In this document: positions 1 through 10,556 of the stretch, in pieces | Position numbering within the stretch: position 1 is the first letter of the stretch | Layout: the number at the start of each line of letters is the position of its first letter | Origin: Candidatus Pelagibacter ubique HTCC1062 | Lineage (GTDB): Bacteria; Pseudomonadota; Alphaproteobacteria; Pelagibacterales; Pelagibacteraceae | DNA: 32,000 nt | Direction of reading: 5' to 3' | NCBI RefSeq assembly: GCF_000012345.1 | Contig: NC_007205.1 | Location: 600,001-632,000 of the forward strand | Notes under the pieces: model-generated | What the model was told of the DNA's origin: nothing | Databases searched by the model: none | The model's input: the letters and a program-made list of their open reading frames with translations, nothing else | Made by a program: the position numbers and the translations under genes

Positions 1-1
1 A

Positions 2-217
2 ATAAATAATAGAGATGAACTTTTAAACTCAATAGAAGAATATAAAAAAAAATATAGTAATAAAAATGATGTACCAAGACCAGAGCATTGGTCAGGTTGG
101 AATTTGATACCCACAAGTATAGAATTTTGGTTAGATGGAGAGAGCAGAATTCATGAAAGACTTAAATATACTAAAGATACCGAGGGAAACTGGGTTAAAT
201 CTTTATTAAGCCCCTAA
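2..217 (+). CDS. pdxH: pyridoxamine 5'-phosphate oxidase, C-terminal fragment (gene begins upstream of the window)
   Basis: Frame open from the window edge to TAA at 215-217. The hand translation ...VPRPEHWSGWNLIPTSIEFWLDGESRIHERLKYTKDTEGNWVKSLLSP matches the conserved PdxH C-terminus (HW.G....P..IEFW.....R.H.R..Y...W...L.P). Confidence 0.75.
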   Translation: MNNRDELLNSIEEYKKKYSNKNDVPRPEHWSGWNLIPTSIEFWLDGESRIHERLKYTKDTEGNWVKSLLSP

Positions 218-1227
218 AAGGTTCTTTGCAGACTAAATGATGTAAGACTCTCTAAAATCTTTTTTTCATCACTATCCTTAAATACAGTTAAAGAATTTGA
301 TGCAAGGTTAATAAAATGTTCAGCTTTTTTGTAGCATTCATTTATTATGTTGTATTTCTTAATAAGCTCTAAGGTTAAATTTAAATCTTCATTTGATCTT
401 GTTTCTTGTTTAAAAATATTTTTTAACTTATCTTTTTCTATTGATGATACATTCTGAAATAATAAAATAACAGGTAAAGTAATTTTACCCTCAAGAAAAT
501 CTTTACCAATTTTTTTACCAAAAAATTTTAGATCAGAATTGTAATCTAATGTGTCATCAGCAATTTGAAATGTTAAGCCTAAGTTTTTTCCATAAAACTC
601 TAGTGCCTCTTTTTCTTTTGTTTCTTTATTAGATAAAATTGCACCAACCTTAGTTGCTGCAGAAAAAAGTTCAGCTGTTTTTGCTGTAATAATCTTAAAA
701 TATGTTTCCTCCAACATGTCTACTTCACCTTTGTGTTGTAGTTGTAATACCTCTCCTTGAGCGATCTTTGACGAAGTTGAGGATAAAAGTTTTAAAACTT
801 CTATATTACCATCATCGACCATCATTTCAAAACATCTACTTAAAAGATAGTCACCAATTAATACAGAAGAGTGATTTCCCCAAATTGAATTTAATGTTTT
901 TTTACCTCTTCTAATATTTCCAAGATCAATGACATCATCATGCATTAAAGTGGCCCCATGTATCATTTCTACACATGCTGCTAAATTAATATCTCGACCT
1001 CCTTTAGTGTAGCCACATAACTTAGCTGACCCAAGTGTTAGTAGGGCTCTTAATCTTTTTCCACCAGTGTCGATATGATATTCAGTCATTTTTTGAACGA
1101 GGTCTACATCACTCAAGAGTTTTGATTTAATCTTTTCTTCAACTAAAACTAATTTTTCATCAACAGAATCTTTTAGCTGATAATATGAATTATTTATTTG
1201 GTTTCTAAGTTGAACTACAGTTCCCAT
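214..1227 (-). CDS. ispB: polyprenyl (octaprenyl-type) diphosphate synthase
   Basis: 337 aa ORF with both trans-prenyltransferase aspartate-rich motifs (LMHDDVIDLGNIRRG and FQIADDTLDY) and GKRLR near the N-terminus. Confidence 0.85.
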   Translation of the reverse strand: MGTVVQLRNQINNSYYQLKDSVDEKLVLVEEKIKSKLLSDVDLVQKMTEYHIDTGGKRLRALLTLGSAKLCGYTKGGRDINLAACVEMIHGATLMHDDVIDLGNIRRGKKTLNSIWGNHSSVLIGDYLLSRCFEMMVDDGNIEVLKLLSSTSSKIAQGEVLQLQHKGEVDMLEETYFKIITAKTAELFSAATKVGAILSNKETKEKEALEFYGKNLGLTFQIADDTLDYNSDLKFFGKKIGKDFLEGKITLPVILLFQNVSSIEKDKLKNIFKQETRSNEDLNLTLELIKKYNIINECYKKAEHFINLASNSLTVFKDSDEKKILESLTSFSLQRTF

Positions 1228-1271
1228 AAAAAATAAGTTAGTATAATTAAGTTATATTTATTACTTATCAA

Positions 1272-1299
1272 TTGACGCACCTTAATCTTCAACTATAAG
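1272..1299 (+). promoter_or_regulatory. candidate sigma-70 promoter for sppA-glyQS-ppdK
   Basis: TTGACG (1272-1277), a 16-nt spacer, then TATAAG (1294-1299), about 40 nt upstream of the sppA ATG. Confidence 0.35.
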
Positions 1300-1339
1300 T
1301 AGGCTTTATATTAAATCAAAAATTCTATAAGGATTAACA

Positions 1340-2146
1340 ATGTTCTCTTTTTTTAAAAAGAAAAAAATAATAGCTCATATCAAGCTAAATGGTGTAATTG
1401 GCAATGCTGGAAAGTTTAAACAGGGCATAGATTTTGCAGGACAAGAAGAGATTATAGAAAAGGCTTTTTCACTAAAAAAAGCAAAAGCAGTGGCAATTAC
1501 TATAAATTCACCGGGTGGATCGCCAGTCCAATCACATTTAATCTACAAATTTATTAGAGCTCAAGCTAAGAAAAACAAAATAAAAGTAATAGTGTTCGCG
1601 GAAGATGTTGCAGCTTCTGGTGGATACTTAATAGCTTGTGCAGGAGATGAGATATATGCAAATTCAAGTTCAATTATTGGATCAATAGGGGTTATTTATT
1701 CATCATTTGGATTTACAGAACTAATTAAAAAAATTGGTGTAGAAAGAAGAGTTCATACAGCTGGAAAAAATAAAAGCTCATTAGATCCCTTTCAAGAAGA
1801 GAAGTCAGAAGATATTGAGAGACTTAAGAATATCCAACTAGATCTGCATAAAGATTTTATTAAAGTTGTAGAAGAAAGCAGAGGATCTAAACTTAAAAAG
1901 GATGGGATTGAATTGTTCTCAGGAGAGTTTTGGGCGGGTAGTAAATCAAAAGAGCTAGGCCTAATTGATGGACTTGGTAATGCTAATGAAATTTTAAAAG
2001 AAAAATTTGGTGAAGATGTGATTATCAAAAAATTTGAAAAATCTAAGGGTTGGTTAAGTAAGAAATTATCTTCATCTAGCAATCAAATAGATCAACTAGC
2101 AAATATTTTAGAGGAAAGATCTATCTGGCAAAGATATGGCTTCTAA
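1340..2146 (+). CDS. sppA: signal peptide peptidase SppA, 36K type (S49 family)
   Basis: 268 aa with the INSPGGS and AASGGY serine-nucleophile motifs typical of S49/ClpP-fold peptidases. An AAGGA Shine-Dalgarno sequence lies upstream. Confidence 0.8.
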   Translation: MFSFFKKKKIIAHIKLNGVIGNAGKFKQGIDFAGQEEIIEKAFSLKKAKAVAITINSPGGSPVQSHLIYKFIRAQAKKNKIKVIVFAEDVAASGGYLIACAGDEIYANSSSIIGSIGVIYSSFGFTELIKKIGVERRVHTAGKNKSSLDPFQEEKSEDIERLKNIQLDLHKDFIKVVEESRGSKLKKDGIELFSGEFWAGSKSKELGLIDGLGNANEILKEKFGEDVIIKKFEKSKGWLSKKLSSSSNQIDQLANILEERSIWQRYGF

Positions 2147-3020
2147 GGAAAAAATTATAAAACCTAAATTTCAATCGTTTCAAGATACTATTTTGAATCT
2201 TCAAAAATATTGGAGCAAACAGGGATGTATTCTTCTACAGCCATATGACATAGAAGTTGGTGCAGGAACCTTTCATCCTGCTACAACCTTAAGATCATTA
2301 GGACCTAAGCCATGGAAAGCAGCTTATGTTCAGCCATCAAGAAGACCCACTGATGGAAGATATGGAGAAAACCCAAATAGATTACAGCATTATTATCAAT
2401 TCCAAGTTTTAATAAAACCTTCACCAGATAATATCAAAAAACTTTATTTAAATAGTTTGGCAGTAATCGGTATTAATCATAAAGAACATGATATTAGATT
2501 TGTTGAAGATGATTGGGAAAGTCCAACTTTAGGTGCGGCAGGTTTAGGATGGGAAGTTTGGTGTGATGGAATGGAAATTACTCAATTTACATACTTTCAA
2601 CAAATGGCTGGATTTGAATGTAAACCTGTTTCAGTTGAAATAACATATGGTCTTGAAAGAATTTGCATGTTTACTCAACAAATGAAAAATGTTTATGATC
2701 TAATATGGAATGATGAAGGTGTAAAATATGGGGATGTGTTTCTTCAAGCTGAAAAAGAGTTTTCAGCATATAATTTTGAACATGCCAATACAGAAAATCT
2801 ATTCAAAATGTTTGATATGTTTGAGCTTGAAGCAAAAGCATTGGTAGATAAAAAAATTTCATTACCTGCATATGATCAATGTCTAAAAGCAAGCCATGCA
2901 TTTAATATTTTAGATGCAAGAGGAGTTATAAGTGTTGCTCAAAGAGCGGGTTATATAGGGCGTATTAGAGACATTACAAAAGCAGTTGCCGAAAGTTGGT
3001 TAAGCAGTCAAACAGATTAA
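2136..3020 (+). CDS. glyQ: glycine--tRNA ligase alpha subunit
   Basis: 294 aa with full-length resemblance to GlyQ ([47 protein letters not shown]). The start overlaps the sppA 3' end by 11 nt. Confidence 0.97.
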   Translation: MASKEKIIKPKFQSFQDTILNLQKYWSKQGCILLQPYDIEVGAGTFHPATTLRSLGPKPWKAAYVQPSRRPTDGRYGENPNRLQHYYQFQVLIKPSPDNIKKLYLNSLAVIGINHKEHDIRFVEDDWESPTLGAAGLGWEVWCDGMEITQFTYFQQMAGFECKPVSVEITYGLERICMFTQQMKNVYDLIWNDEGVKYGDVFLQAEKEFSAYNFEHANTENLFKMFDMFELEAKALVDKKISLPAYDQCLKASHAFNILDARGVISVAQRAGYIGRIRDITKAVAESWLSSQTD

Positions 3021-5089
3021 TGTCAGATTTTTTTATAGAGTTGTTTAGTGAGGAAATACCAGCTGGTTTGCAGAGTAACTCACGTAATGTTTTATTAGAA
3101 AATTTTCAAAATTTATTTGAGGAAAAAAAAATTCTGTTCAAAAAAAGTTCTTCATTTTCAACACCAAATCGTCTTATAATTTTATTTGAAGGCCTATCTA
3201 AAGAAATAATACAAAAAGCTGAAGAAATAAAAGGACCAAATGTTAAAGCTCCAGAAAAAGCTATTGAGGGGTTTTTAAGGTCAAATCAAATAGAAAAAAA
3301 AGATCTTCTTAAAAAAACATTGGAAAAAGGAGAATTTTATTTTTTCAAGAAAGCATCAAGTAAAATTAATACCATAGATTTACTTCAAGAATATACACCT
3401 ATAATCCTTGATAAATTACAATGGAAAAAATCTATGACATGGGGAAACTATAACCTTAGTTGGGCGAGACCATTAAAATCTATCCTAGCAGTTTTTGATG
3501 ATAAAAGTTTAAATTTTAAATTTCATCATTTAATAGCCTCTAACTCAACATTTATTGACAAAGAGTTTGAAGATAAAAAAAAAATATTTAAAAATTTTAA
3601 AAGTTATAAAGATTTCTTTAGTCAGTCTGGCATAATTATAGATCACGTATTGAGAAAAGAATTTATTGTTAAAGAAATTGAAAAAATATCTAGAAAAAAC
3701 AATTTCATTGTCGAGCCTAATAATAAACTTTTAGATGAAGTTACAGATATTGTTGAGCAACCAAATATTTTAGTGTGCAAGTTTGATCAGAAATTTTTGA
3801 ATATTCCAAAAGAAATTTTGATTATTACAATGCAATACCATCAAAAATATTTTCCAACATTTGATAAAAAAGGAAAAATTACCAATGAATTTTTAGTTGT
3901 GGCAAATAACAATGATGAAAAAGGTTATATTAAGATGGGTAATGAAAGGGTTGTAGAAGCAAGATTAAGCGATGCTCAATTTTTTTGGGAAAAAAATAAA
4001 TCTCAAAATTTAGTTAAACAAGTTTCAAAATTAAAAAATATGAATTATTTTAAAGGTCTTGGGTCTTATTTTGACAAAATTCAAAGAATGAGAAAACTTG
4101 GAGGAATAATTTCTGATGAATTATTAATTAGCAAAGATCAAGTTGAACTATCAGCATCGATTTGCAAAGTTGATTTAGTTTCTGATATTGTTGGTGAATT
4201 TCCTGAGCTTCAGGGAATTATGGGTGGACATTTTGCTGAAGTGCAAGGTTTTGATAAAGAGATAGCGCTAGCAATAAGTGAGCATTATCAACCAGTAGGT
4301 CTTGATAGCAAAACTCCAAAGAAACCATTTAGTATTGCTTTAGCTTTAACTGACAAAATTGATACCTTAGTAGGTTTTTTTGGAATTAACCAAAAACCAA
4401 CTAGCTCAAAAGATCCTTACGCGCTTAGAAGGTCTGCACTTGGTGTAATAAAGCTATTAATTGATAATAATAAAGAGTTTAAGATTAAAGATCTTATTAG
4501 TTATTCCACTTCACTACATAAAGACCAAGGGTTTATTTTTTCAAACGACTCATCTCAAAAAGAATTATCCGATTTTTTAATGGACAGATTAAAATACTAC
4601 ATGAAAGAGAAAAAGATTAGATCAGAAATAATAGAAGCCAGTATAAAAGCACATGGATTAGACCATATGAACAAAATATATAAAAAAGCTTCAACACTTA
4701 ATGGGCTAATTAGCAAAGTCATAGGAGAGGACATTATTACAAGCTACAAAAGAGCTTACAGTATACTTGAAAGTGAGTTAAAAAATACAGATCTTGAACT
4801 ATCAAATACAACTGACCCTGGTATTTTTAAAAATGACTATGAAAAAAACCTATTTAAAAAAATTAATGAAATACGAAAATATTTTACAAATATTGGCAAA
4901 GATGAAAACTACCGAGAAACACTTGAAATTCTTGCTGGTGCTAAAAAAGCAACTTCAGAGTTTTTTGACAATGTTAAGGTCAATGATGATGATAAAAATA
5001 TTAAAAAAAACAGATTGGAACTTTTACAAATGTTATGTAGAACATTTGATAATTACATAAATTTTTCAAATATAGATATCAAACAGTGA
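3020..5089 (+). CDS. glyS: glycine--tRNA ligase beta subunit
   Basis: The ORF is open from 2996. The ATG at 3020 gives the canonical GlyS N-terminus [15 protein letters not shown] and forms a TAATG overlap with the glyQ stop. Internal motifs include DPYALRR. Confidence 0.95.
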   Translation: MSDFFIELFSEEIPAGLQSNSRNVLLENFQNLFEEKKILFKKSSSFSTPNRLIILFEGLSKEIIQKAEEIKGPNVKAPEKAIEGFLRSNQIEKKDLLKKTLEKGEFYFFKKASSKINTIDLLQEYTPIILDKLQWKKSMTWGNYNLSWARPLKSILAVFDDKSLNFKFHHLIASNSTFIDKEFEDKKKIFKNFKSYKDFFSQSGIIIDHVLRKEFIVKEIEKISRKNNFIVEPNNKLLDEVTDIVEQPNILVCKFDQKFLNIPKEILIITMQYHQKYFPTFDKKGKITNEFLVVANNNDEKGYIKMGNERVVEARLSDAQFFWEKNKSQNLVKQVSKLKNMNYFKGLGSYFDKIQRMRKLGGIISDELLISKDQVELSASICKVDLVSDIVGEFPELQGIMGGHFAEVQGFDKEIALAISEHYQPVGLDSKTPKKPFSIALALTDKIDTLVGFFGINQKPTSSKDPYALRRSALGVIKLLIDNNKEFKIKDLISYSTSLHKDQGFIFSNDSSQKELSDFLMDRLKYYMKEKKIRSEIIEASIKAHGLDHMNKIYKKASTLNGLISKVIGEDIITSYKRAYSILESELKNTDLELSNTTDPGIFKNDYEKNLFKKINEIRKYFTNIGKDENYRETLEILAGAKKATSEFFDNVKVNDDDKNIKKNRLELLQMLCRTFDNYINFSNIDIKQ

Positions 5090-7749
5090 ATAAGCTAATT
5101 TTAAACTTTAAATCAAAAGACTCAAAAAAAATTAAAAATCCTAAAAATTTTTTAGGTGGAAAAGGGGCAAACCTTTCTGAAATGGGCAGAATGGGACTGC
5201 CAGTTCCTCCTGGATTTACAATTTCAACAAAAGTTTGTGAATTATTTTATAAAGATAAAAAAAAATTAAATTCAAAAATTGTTAATATTATAAAAAAGGA
5301 ATTAAAAATTATCGAAAAAGAAGTAGGGAAAAAATTTGGTGATTTAAAAAATCCTTTATTATTATCTGTTAGATCTGGTGCAAGAGTTTCAATGCCTGGC
5401 ATGATGGACACAATTTTAAATTTAGGATTAAATGATAAGACCGTTCTTGCACTATCAAAAAAAACTTCTAATAGCAGATTTGCAAAAGATAGTTATCGAA
5501 GATTTATTCAGATGTATGGCAATGTTGTTATGGGTGTTGAGGGCTATCACTTTGAAGAATTAATTGAAAATTACAAATTAACCAAAGGTGTTCTTTTAGA
5601 TACAGATCTTGATGCAGATGATTGGGAGGGATTAATTAATGATTTTAAAAAAGTTATTAAAGATCAAACCAAAAAAGAATTTCCCCAGAACGTATATAAT
5701 CAATTATTGGGAGCTATTAGTTCGGTATTTCTATCTTGGGAAAGTAACAGAGCAAAAGTTTATAGAAAACTAAACCAAATTCCTGCTGAATGGGGAACTG
5801 CAGTTAACGTTCAATCAATGGTATTTGGCAATATGGGTAATGATTGTGCAACTGGTGTTGTCTTTACAAGAAATCCATCAGATGGGGTTAATGAAGTGTA
5901 TGGTGAATACTTAATTAATGCTCAAGGAGAAGATGTGGTGGCAGGCACAAGAACTCCTCAGTATATAACCAAAAAAGCAAGAAAAGATGCAAAAGCAAAA
6001 GAAGCTTCGATGGAAGAAGCTATGCCAAAAGTATTTAAACAATTAGATAAGATTTTAAAAATTTTAGAAAAACACTACAAAGATATGCAAGACGTAGAAT
6101 TTACAGTTGAAAATAATAAATTGTGGATGCTACAAACAAGATCAGGAAAAAGAACTTCAAAGTCAGCTGTTAGAATTGCAGTTGATATGGTTAAAGAAAA
6201 ATTGATTTCTAAAAAAGAAGCAGTAATGAGAATAGATCCAGCTTCTTTAGACACATTGTTACACCCTACATTAGATGAAAAAAACACACTAAACGTTATA
6301 GCAAACGGTTTGCCAGCATCTCCAGGTGCTGCAAGCGGTAAGGTTGTTTTTACATCAGAGGAAGCAGAAAGATTAAACAATGTTATGCAGGATACTATTT
6401 TAGTACGTGTAGAAACTTCACCTGAAGATATTCATGGAATGCACGCTGCAAAAGGAATTTTAACAGCAAGGGGTGGGATGACTAGTCATGCTGCAGTGGT
6501 TGCAAGAGGAATGGGAAGACCATGTGTTTCAGGTTCTAGTGAGATTGATATTAACTATGAGGCGAAAACCTTTAAAACTTCTTCTATTGAAATTAAAGAG
6601 GGAGACATTATTACAATTGATGGTTCAACAGGAAGAATTATCCTAGGAGAAGTGCCAACGGTTAAACCAGAAATTTCAGGAGACTTTTCTAAATTAATGA
6701 GCTGGGCAGATAATTTTAGAAAACTAAAAGTGAGAACGAATTCAGAAACACCATTAGATACAAAAACTGCAAGAGACTTTGGAGCAGAAGGCATAGGACT
6801 TTGTAGAACCGAACATATGTTTTTTGATGAAGAGAGAATTTTATCTGTTAGAGAAATGATTTTATCAAAAACAGTAGAAGATAGAAACAGGGCGCTAGCA
6901 AAACTTTTACCACATCAAAAAAAAGATTTTGTACAAATATTCAAAATTATGAATGGTCTTCCTGTCACAGTGAGACTGTTAGATCCACCATTACACGAGT
7001 TTCTTCCAAAAACAGAAAAAGAAATTAATGATGTAGCAAAAGTAGTGGGGTTACCATTAAAAGAAATTGAGTCTCGAATTAACGAGTTACATGAACAAAA
7101 CCCGATGCTTGGTCATAGAGGGTGTCGATTGGGAATTTCTTTTCCAGAAATTTATGAAATGCAATGTAGAGCAATCTTTGAGGCTTTATCTGAACTTAAG
7201 ATAAAAAAAATTAAGTCGGCATTTCCAGAAATTATGATCCCTTTAGTATCAACTGAAGCTGAGATTAGAATAATGAAAGATTTAGTAGTCAGGGTTGCAA
7301 AAGAAGTTCAAAAGGATAAAAAAATTAAAATAGATTATTTAGTTGGTACAATGATTGAATTACCAAGAGCAGCAATTAAAGCTGATGATATAGCTAAACA
7401 CGCTGAGTTCTTTAGTTTTGGAACTAATGACTTAACTCAAACAACATTTGGCTTAAGTAGAGACGATAGCGGTAAATTTTTAAATGATTATCTTGAGAAT
7501 AAGATTTTTTCTATAGATCCATTTATCTCTATAGATGACGGAGTAGGTGATTTAATAGAAATTGCAGTTGAAAAAGGAAGAAAAACAAATAAAAAAATTA
7601 AACTTGGAATTTGTGGAGAACATGGTGGAGACCCTAAAAGTATTCACTTTTGTGCTAATGCTGGTTTGGATTATGTTTCTTGCTCACCATATAGAGTTCC
7701 AGTAGCAAGATTAGCTGCTGCACAAGCTGAACTTTCTAAAAAAAATTAG
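5086..7749 (+). CDS. ppdK: pyruvate, phosphate dikinase
   Basis: 887 aa with the catalytic-His motif GGMTSHAAVVARG, a C-terminal PEP-utilising domain (NDLTQ, CGEHGGDP) and an ATP-grasp N-terminus. The GTG start overlaps the glyS TGA (GTGA). Confidence 0.95.
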   Translation: MNKLILNFKSKDSKKIKNPKNFLGGKGANLSEMGRMGLPVPPGFTISTKVCELFYKDKKKLNSKIVNIIKKELKIIEKEVGKKFGDLKNPLLLSVRSGARVSMPGMMDTILNLGLNDKTVLALSKKTSNSRFAKDSYRRFIQMYGNVVMGVEGYHFEELIENYKLTKGVLLDTDLDADDWEGLINDFKKVIKDQTKKEFPQNVYNQLLGAISSVFLSWESNRAKVYRKLNQIPAEWGTAVNVQSMVFGNMGNDCATGVVFTRNPSDGVNEVYGEYLINAQGEDVVAGTRTPQYITKKARKDAKAKEASMEEAMPKVFKQLDKILKILEKHYKDMQDVEFTVENNKLWMLQTRSGKRTSKSAVRIAVDMVKEKLISKKEAVMRIDPASLDTLLHPTLDEKNTLNVIANGLPASPGAASGKVVFTSEEAERLNNVMQDTILVRVETSPEDIHGMHAAKGILTARGGMTSHAAVVARGMGRPCVSGSSEIDINYEAKTFKTSSIEIKEGDIITIDGSTGRIILGEVPTVKPEISGDFSKLMSWADNFRKLKVRTNSETPLDTKTARDFGAEGIGLCRTEHMFFDEERILSVREMILSKTVEDRNRALAKLLPHQKKDFVQIFKIMNGLPVTVRLLDPPLHEFLPKTEKEINDVAKVVGLPLKEIESRINELHEQNPMLGHRGCRLGISFPEIYEMQCRAIFEALSELKIKKIKSAFPEIMIPLVSTEAEIRIMKDLVVRVAKEVQKDKKIKIDYLVGTMIELPRAAIKADDIAKHAEFFSFGTNDLTQTTFGLSRDDSGKFLNDYLENKIFSIDPFISIDDGVGDLIEIAVEKGRKTNKKIKLGICGEHGGDPKSIHFCANAGLDYVSCSPYRVPVARLAAAQAELSKKN

Positions 7750-8579
7750 ATTTCAAATTTAAAATCTATAGCTGGTACACTATGAGTGATACTTCCAATT
7801 GAAACTCTATCGACACCCGTTGCTGCAATTTTTTTAATAGATTTCAAATTAACATTTCCAGAAGCTTCTGTTTCATAATGTTTTTTAGCCATTTTAACAC
7901 CTGCCTTAAGTGTTTTATTGTTCATATTATCGAACAAAACAGTATTAAATTTTAAACCCATTATTTTTTTAAGTTGATTTAAATTATCAACTTCTACTGT
8001 AATTTTTCTTCCTTTTTTGTTTTTGATTGCAAGAGATACTAAAGTTTTAATATCAGAACTTGCAATATGATTGTCTTTAATAAGAAATTCATCACTTAAA
8101 TTAAACCTATGGTTTGTACCACCACCTAACGTAACAGCATATTTTTGTATTACTCTTAAGGTTGGAATTGTTTTTCTAGTACAGCAAATTTTAGTTTTTT
8201 TATTAGCTAATTTAACAAATTGATTGGTCTTAGTAGCAATTCCAGAGATATGACTTAAAAAATTTAAAGCAACCCTCTCACCAATTAAAATATTTTCAGC
8301 CCTACCTTCAATTGTTGCTACTACGTCGTTCTTTTTGACTATTGAACCTTCTTCTTTTTTAATAATAAATTTAATTTTATTATCAATTAATTTGAAGGTT
8401 TGTTTAACAAACTCTAAGCCAGCAATTACAGCTTGTTGGTTTGAAATTAATTTGATTTTTATAACTTTACTATTCTTAACTAAACTTGAAGTAATATCTC
8501 CATTTGGATAAAGATCCTCATTTAATGCAAGCTTAACTTTATTCTTGATATAATAGTTGCTTAATTTAATTTTAGGCAC
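7746..8579 (-). CDS. nadC: nicotinate-nucleotide diphosphorylase (carboxylating), quinolinate phosphoribosyltransferase
   Basis: 277 aa with the typical NadC motifs ERVALNFL, TRKT.P..R, GGG..HR..L.D..LIKDNH. Confidence 0.9.
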   Translation of the reverse strand: MPKIKLSNYYIKNKVKLALNEDLYPNGDITSSLVKNSKVIKIKLISNQQAVIAGLEFVKQTFKLIDNKIKFIIKKEEGSIVKKNDVVATIEGRAENILIGERVALNFLSHISGIATKTNQFVKLANKKTKICCTRKTIPTLRVIQKYAVTLGGGTNHRFNLSDEFLIKDNHIASSDIKTLVSLAIKNKKGRKITVEVDNLNQLKKIMGLKFNTVLFDNMNNKTLKAGVKMAKKHYETEASGNVNLKSIKKIAATGVDRVSIGSITHSVPAIDFKFEI

Positions 8580-8584
8580 ATTTA

Positions 8585-9589
8585 TTATCTGCCAATAGCA
8601 GTCATTCTTTCAACGGGTATTCTTGCCTTGTTGATAGTTTCATTATCCATAATTATCTCACCAGTTTCATTTTCTAAACAGGCCAAAATTTTTGGTAGAG
8701 TAATTCTTTTCATATGAGGACATAGATTGCATGGTTTAATAAATTCAACATTAGGATTTTCTACCTGAATATTGTCACTCATAGAACATTCTGTAACCAT
8801 CATTACCTTTTTAGGTTGATTGTCCTCTACATATTTGATCATTCCTGAAGTTGAACCAGCAAAGTCACTTGCTTTAATTACATCGGGTGGACATTCAGGA
8901 TGTGCAATAATCTTTATTCCTGGATTATTTTTTCTTATATCGTGGATTTCTTTTTCGTTAAATTGGTCATGAACAATGCAAATTCCTTTCCAAGCAATAA
9001 TTTCAACATCTGTCTGAGAAGCTACATATTTAGCTAAATAATCATCAGGTAGAAATATAACTTTTTTAACACCAAGAGAATTAACAATCTTAACGGCATT
9101 AGCTGATGTACAGCAAATGTCAGTTTCAGCTTTAACATCTGCCGAAGTATTTACATAGGAAACAACAGGTACCCCTGGATATTTTTCTTTTAATAATCTT
9201 ACATCCTTACCTGTAATAGAGGATGACAAGGAGCATCCTGCAAGCATATCGGGTAACAAAACTTTTTTTTGTGGACTCATTAGCTTTGCTGTCTCTGCCA
9301 TAAAGTGTACACCAGCCATTACAATAATATCTGCTGAAGTTTTTGAAGCTTCAATTGCAAGAGCTAACGAGTCTGCTGCAAAATCTGCTACACCGTGATA
9401 AATTTCTGGTGTTTGATAATTATGCGCAAGAATAACCGCATTTTTTTCTTTTTTTAATTGATTAATTCTATGGATATAGGGAGCATGAACTGACCATTCA
9501 ATCTCAGGTAAAACCTTTGAGATTTTTTGATAAATTGGATCGGTTGCTTTTTTTACTTCTTCAGTAAACTCCATACTAAAACCTATCAA
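8585..9589 (-). CDS. nadA: quinolinate synthase
   Basis: 334 aa with ILAHNYQ, VHFMAET and conserved Cys residues for the 4Fe-4S cluster. It lies 5 nt upstream of nadC on the same strand. MEFTEE is an alternative start 5 codons downstream. Confidence 0.92.
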   Translation of the reverse strand: MIGFSMEFTEEVKKATDPIYQKISKVLPEIEWSVHAPYIHRINQLKKEKNAVILAHNYQTPEIYHGVADFAADSLALAIEASKTSADIIVMAGVHFMAETAKLMSPQKKVLLPDMLAGCSLSSSITGKDVRLLKEKYPGVPVVSYVNTSADVKAETDICCTSANAVKIVNSLGVKKVIFLPDDYLAKYVASQTDVEIIAWKGICIVHDQFNEKEIHDIRKNNPGIKIIAHPECPPDVIKASDFAGSTSGMIKYVEDNQPKKVMMVTECSMSDNIQVENPNVEFIKPCNLCPHMKRITLPKILACLENETGEIIMDNETINKARIPVERMTAIGR

Positions 9590-9625
9590 TTTGATACAAT
9601 CTTGTCATGCATTTATTCTGACGCA

Positions 9626-10513
9626 CTAATTAATCCAACTAGGAATTTTGATTTTTAACTTGGCGTTTTTGCTTTTAAACTCATTTTCTTGATTAAAATT
9701 ATCATCCAAATATTTAATTAAAGCAAAAGGATATTCATTACTTATTAAAACTTTTCCTATCTCAAAATCACCATTATAGATTAAATCATCTTGATTTATT
9801 TCTCCTTCAATTAAATAAATAGGTAATAATCTTTTTGAAAGTTTATTTTTTAATTTAATTCTTGCAGTATTCTCTTGCCCAACATAACAGCCTTTTTTAA
9901 AGTCTATTCCATTCAATTCTTCAAAGTTACATTCAATTCCAAATAGCTTATTCTGTAATTCATTCATGTTTTTTTGAGGAATTCCTAATTGATGACTCAA
10001 TTTATAATATTCAGCAATTGGAGAATCTTTTAGCTCTAATTTTTTTAAAGACAGATAAAGCTTTTCTAAATTGATGATAAGCCTTGCACCTAAATCTTTA
10101 TTTCTTGGGTCTAACAAGATGGAATCTTCTCTATATTTAATTGTGTTCCCAGCAATATCTTTTGATCCTTCAAATTCTAAAAATTTTTCTTTATTAAACG
10201 CAGCTACAACAAATTCGTTACTAAGATTCATAATTTCAACTTTTGATCTAAGTTTATAGACACTAAGTTGTTTGAAAAGTGCCTCTGTTTGAGATTTTTC
10301 ACAGTCAATGAAGTAGCCAGACTTGTGTTTTATGATAATAAAAGCGAAAAGAAATTTTCCTTGAGGAGTTAATAGTGATGCAAAACAACTACTGTCTTCA
10401 CTTACTTTATTAATGTCATTACTAATCATATTCTGTAAAAATTCTTTAGCATCTGCACCGTTTATATACAGAATTCCTCTATCTTCTAAAATGTATACAT
10501 TTTGATTATTCAT
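9626..10513 (-). CDS. ygfZ: YgfZ/CAF17-family folate-binding protein (GcvT-like, Fe-S cluster maintenance / tRNA modification)
   Basis: 295 aa containing the family signature KGCYVGQE. Confidence 0.75.
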   Translation of the reverse strand: MNNQNVYILEDRGILYINGADAKEFLQNMISNDINKVSEDSSCFASLLTPQGKFLFAFIIIKHKSGYFIDCEKSQTEALFKQLSVYKLRSKVEIMNLSNEFVVAAFNKEKFLEFEGSKDIAGNTIKYREDSILLDPRNKDLGARLIINLEKLYLSLKKLELKDSPIAEYYKLSHQLGIPQKNMNELQNKLFGIECNFEELNGIDFKKGCYVGQENTARIKLKNKLSKRLLPIYLIEGEINQDDLIYNGDFEIGKVLISNEYPFALIKYLDDNFNQENEFKSKNAKLKIKIPSWIN

Positions 10514-10556
10514 AATTGATTGATGTCTTAATATAATATAATTACTTTTTTCATAA

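Noticed and set aside
702-914. A 70-aa plus-strand ORF.
   Set aside because: It is nested antisense inside ispB.
1792-2082. A 96-aa minus-strand ORF.
   Set aside because: It is nested antisense inside sppA and is a Ser/Leu-rich low-complexity translation.
2996-3019. An upstream in-frame start (MVKQSNRL...) for glyS from the ORF track.
   Set aside because: It lies entirely inside glyQ. The ATG at 3020 gives the conserved GlyS N-terminus and a TAATG coupling junction.
4794-5060. An 88-aa plus-strand ORF.
   Set aside because: It is an alternative frame inside glyS with Lys/Met/Leu-rich composition typical of out-of-frame AT-rich sequence.
6075-6794. Two minus-strand ORFs (6075-6380, 101 aa; 6555-6794, 79 aa).
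   Set aside because: Both are nested antisense inside ppdK, whose identity is unambiguous.
10071-10259. A 62-aa plus-strand ORF.
   Set aside because: It is nested antisense inside ygfZ.
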